DNA of 62,268 bases, counting the filler. It is 7 parts of 7 records of this genome, joined end to end, with 100 filler letters (N's around TTAATTAATTAA, not from the genome) between each part and the next. Parts side by side here need not be neighbours in the genome. Positions count along the whole stretch, not along the records: positions 53,996 to 62,268 come from SRR31156797_27830; 6 more parts are not named here. One strand, given 5' to 3'. Below the pieces are notes generated by a model. That model worked only from the letters and a program-made list of their open reading frames with translations, did no database searches and was not told where the DNA came from. Shown here piece after piece: positions 59,459 to 62,268 of this stretch. The position numbers and the translations under genes were made by a program. Each line of letters opens with the position of its first letter. Positions within the stretch are counted from its first letter, which is position 1.

Positions 59459-59719
59459 ATATAAAATCTCCTTTACTTAATATAAAAAAGCCGGTGAAAG
59501 CCAGCTGATTGCGACACAAACATATATCTTAACGGGTTCGGCATGTTCCTTATAAGCAACCAGGATCAGCACGAAAAACATGCCCCACTGAAACATACCT
59601 AAGACCGAGATAGGTCCTTATCTAAGATTTATCGCATTATGTCAAGGATTATCTACGATATTTTATTCGCAAAGGAAATGACACGGTTTCGCACTGCAAT
59701 AACAAAGCAGCAAAGAAGG

Positions 59720-60757
59720 TCAAGACCATTCAAGAATGACCTTTCCGGAACGGCCAGATGCCATCTTCCTGAACCCGGTTTCAAACTCGGTATAGTGATA
59801 TCGATGGGTGATCAAAGGCTGAATATCCAGACCGGATTGAATCATGGATGTCATCTTATACCAAGTCTCGTACATCTCCCGACCGTAAATCCCCTTGATG
59901 GTAAGCCCGTTAAATACCACCACATTCCAGTCAATGGCGGTTTCTTCAGGCATGATCCCCAGCATGGCGATCTTTCCGCCATGGCAGATGTTCCCCAGGA
60001 TCGAATTAAAGGCGGCAGGGTTGCCCGACATCTCCAGGGCCACATCAAACCCCTCCTTCATCTCAAGGGTTTTCTGGGCATCCGCAACGGTCTCCCGGGT
60101 AACATCGACGGTCAGGGTGGCACCGGCCTGCCTTGCAAGGCCGAGGCGGTAGGGATTCACATCGGTCACCACCACATGACGGGCGCCCCCATGGACGGCA
60201 ATGGCACAGGCCATACACCCGATAGGGCCGGCGCCGGTGATGAGCACGTCCTCCCCCAGGATATCGAAGGAGAGCGCCGTATGGGTCGCGTTTCCCAACG
60301 GGTCAAAGCAGGCAAGCACATCAAGGGGAATCTGCTCGTCGCAATACCACACATTGGTCACGGGAATCGAGAGATACTCGGCAAAGGCGCCGGGGCGATT
60401 CACCCCCACACCGCTGGTCCGCCTGCACAGATGGCGCCGCCCGGCAAGGCAGTTCCTGCAGCGCCCGCACACCAGGTGGCCTTCCCCGGAGACCAGGTCC
60501 CCCGGCATGAAGTCATGGACATTTTCTCCTACGGCCTCCACGATGCCGACGAACTCGTGCCCCACCTGCATGGGAACAGGAATGGTCTTCTGAGCCCAGG
60601 CATCCCATTCATATATATGAACATCGGTTCCACAAATCGCGGTTTTTTTAACCTTGATAAGAACATCGTTCGCGCCGGGTTCGGGAACCGCGACATCCTG
60701 AAGCCAAAGACCGGTTTCCGGCTTTGCTTTGACCAGAGCCTTCATCGTTGCCATCAT
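59720..60757 (-). CDS. tdh: L-threonine 3-dehydrogenase
   Basis: [28 protein letters not shown] and [15 protein letters not shown] motifs. Confidence 0.96.
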   Translation of the reverse strand: MMATMKALVKAKPETGLWLQDVAVPEPGANDVLIKVKKTAICGTDVHIYEWDAWAQKTIPVPMQVGHEFVGIVEAVGENVHDFMPGDLVSGEGHLVCGRCRNCLAGRRHLCRRTSGVGVNRPGAFAEYLSIPVTNVWYCDEQIPLDVLACFDPLGNATHTALSFDILGEDVLITGAGPIGCMACAIAVHGGARHVVVTDVNPYRLGLARQAGATLTVDVTRETVADAQKTLEMKEGFDVALEMSGNPAAFNSILGNICHGGKIAMLGIMPEETAIDWNVVVFNGLTIKGIYGREMYETWYKMTSMIQSGLDIQPLITHRYHYTEFETGFRKMASGRSGKVILEWS

Positions 60758-60980
60758 TCGCCTCCCGTGATTTTTTTATACGGTTGGGGGATGTTATTCC
60801 CAGACACTCCACCCCATGGTACACCCAACCGCTGCAGGGCGAAAGCAATTTTTAATAAAAACAGGCGATCCCCCCAGCGTGGTTGCACAAAAAAAGCCCG
60901 GAAACATGAATTATCTTGACAAAATCATGGACTAGGGATCATATATTCTACTTAATCTAATTTTATCAACGGAGGAACGA

Positions 60981-62045
60981 ATGGAACTATCCATCACTGA
61001 AAAGCCGGAAAAGGGCACCCGTCCCGAAGACGCCAAACTCGCCTTTGGATCGATATTCACAGACCACATGTTCAACATGGACTACTCTCCGGACAAGGGA
61101 TGGCACAATCCCCGCATCGAGCCCTTTGCAGACCTTTCACTCTCCCCTGCCACCATGATGCTCCACTACGGCCAGGCGATCTTTGAGGGCCTGAAGGCCT
61201 ACAAGACCGACGACGGCAGCATCCGGCTCTACCGGGCAAGGGACAACTTCGAGCGGCTGAACAAAAGCGCCCGGGGAATGTGCATTCCGGAAATCGATAT
61301 TGATTTTGTCATGGAAAGCATGAAGACCCTGTTGAAACTTGAGAAAAACTGGATTCCCGAGACCATGGGAACCTCCCTCTACATACGGCCCACTGTCATT
61401 GCCACCGACCCCTACCTCGGTGTCAGGGCATCTGAAACCTACCGGTTCTTCATCATTCTTTCCCCGGTGGGCGCCTACTACTCAGCCGGGTTCAACCCGG
61501 TCAACATCTGGATCACCAAAGACCATGTCCGGGCGGTCCGGGGCGGCGTGGGCGAATTCAAGACACCGGCCAACTACGCGGCAAGCCTCTATGCCTCCGA
61601 AAAGGCGAAAGAAAAGGGATACGCCCAGGTACTCTGGCTCGACGGCGTGGAGCAAAAGTACATCGAAGAGGTCGGGGCCATGAACATCTTCTTTAACATC
61701 AATGACGAGCTGATCACCCCGGAACTCAACGGCAGCATCCTCCCCGGCATTACCCGGGACTCGGTTCTCCAGCTGGCCAAGAGATGGGGCATGAATGTCT
61801 CGGAACGGAAAATCAGCATCGATGAAGTGGTCCAGGCCCAGAAGGACGGCAGCCTGAAAGAGGTATTCGGCTCCGGTACCGCCGCCGTCATCTCTCCCGT
61901 GGGCGAGATTCGCTACGGCGACGACGTCATGACCATTGCGGATGGGAAAACCGGTCCCATGGCCCTGAAATTCCACAAGGCCATCACCGAAATCCAGTAC
62001 GGAAAGGCAGAAGATACGGAAGGATGGATCGAAAAGGTCGACTAA
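60981..62045 (+). CDS. ilvE: Branched-chain amino acid aminotransferase
   Basis: FTDHM, LHYGQAIFEGLKAY, LYIRP, EEVGAMN, ILPGITR and GTAAVISP motifs. Confidence 0.96.
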   Translation: MELSITEKPEKGTRPEDAKLAFGSIFTDHMFNMDYSPDKGWHNPRIEPFADLSLSPATMMLHYGQAIFEGLKAYKTDDGSIRLYRARDNFERLNKSARGMCIPEIDIDFVMESMKTLLKLEKNWIPETMGTSLYIRPTVIATDPYLGVRASETYRFFIILSPVGAYYSAGFNPVNIWITKDHVRAVRGGVGEFKTPANYAASLYASEKAKEKGYAQVLWLDGVEQKYIEEVGAMNIFFNINDELITPELNGSILPGITRDSVLQLAKRWGMNVSERKISIDEVVQAQKDGSLKEVFGSGTAAVISPVGEIRYGDDVMTIADGKTGPMALKFHKAITEIQYGKAEDTEGWIEKVD

Positions 62046-62161
62046 AGACCGACACCGGTTCCGCCAAGGAAAACGGGCCTTAAAACAGCAGTTTATTAAA
62101 GGGGTTGTCATGGAATTCATCCAAATTCTTGACAACCCTTTTTTAATCTGCTTAGTTATGA

Positions 62162-62268
62162 CTGAGCGCTCGATCAACACCCTTGAAAAGTTCAGGGGGG
62201 TGGGGCAGGCTCAGCGTATTGATCGCCGGGGTCACCTCTTTGGGGTCAGGCCTAGCTTATTAGCTTAT
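62162..62268 (+). ncRNA. Candidate structured RNA/leader with pseudoknot (runs off the window end)
   Basis: Follows TTGACA (62129). CTGAGC pairs with GCTCAG, inner CCCTTGAA with TTCAGGGG, and crossing CGATCAA with TTGATCG. Confidence 0.4.

Overview
This window is not one locus. Seven unrelated contigs are joined by 100-nt artificial linkers (N44-TTAATTAATTAA-N44), so gene neighbourhoods hold only within a contig. Taxonomic calls are inferred from composition and gene style. A (1-5492): a degenerate tRNA-Thr(CGU)-derived att-like site, a truncated DUF6538-type integrase and a translationally coupled three-gene divergent condensin operon (Wadjet JetABC/MksFEB-like), cut off by the contig end. 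B (5593-13786, GC-rich, spirochaete-like): a sugar/polyol ABC uptake and catabolism operon ending in deoC. C (13887-27260, Bacteroidota): a two-component cascade followed by a candidate sRNA and a small ORF, then the dnaA cluster, a CPA2 antiporter, a T9SS type-B cargo protein and clpB. D (27361-33503, spirochaete-like): PIN-PhoH, a CE4-fold protein, fliS and polA. E (33604-45735, Desulfobacterota-like): a signalling cluster, a degenerate amidohydrolase and a sigma54-controlled non-pyrrolysine MttB/corrinoid operon with five visible enhancer palindromes. F (45836-53895): a variant uronate-catabolism cluster. G (53996-62268, Desulfobacterota-like): hisI-hisG-aminotransferase-engB-era-HNH, a candidate nucleoid-associated protein, tdh, ilvE and a candidate pseudoknotted RNA. 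The most promising leads are the island-associated SMC trio (A), the Bacteroidota sRNA with tandem anti-start-codon seeds (C), the AT-hook/recombinase-HTH protein and pseudoknot RNA (G), and the MttB regulon (E). All family calls come from reading motifs by eye; no searches were run.
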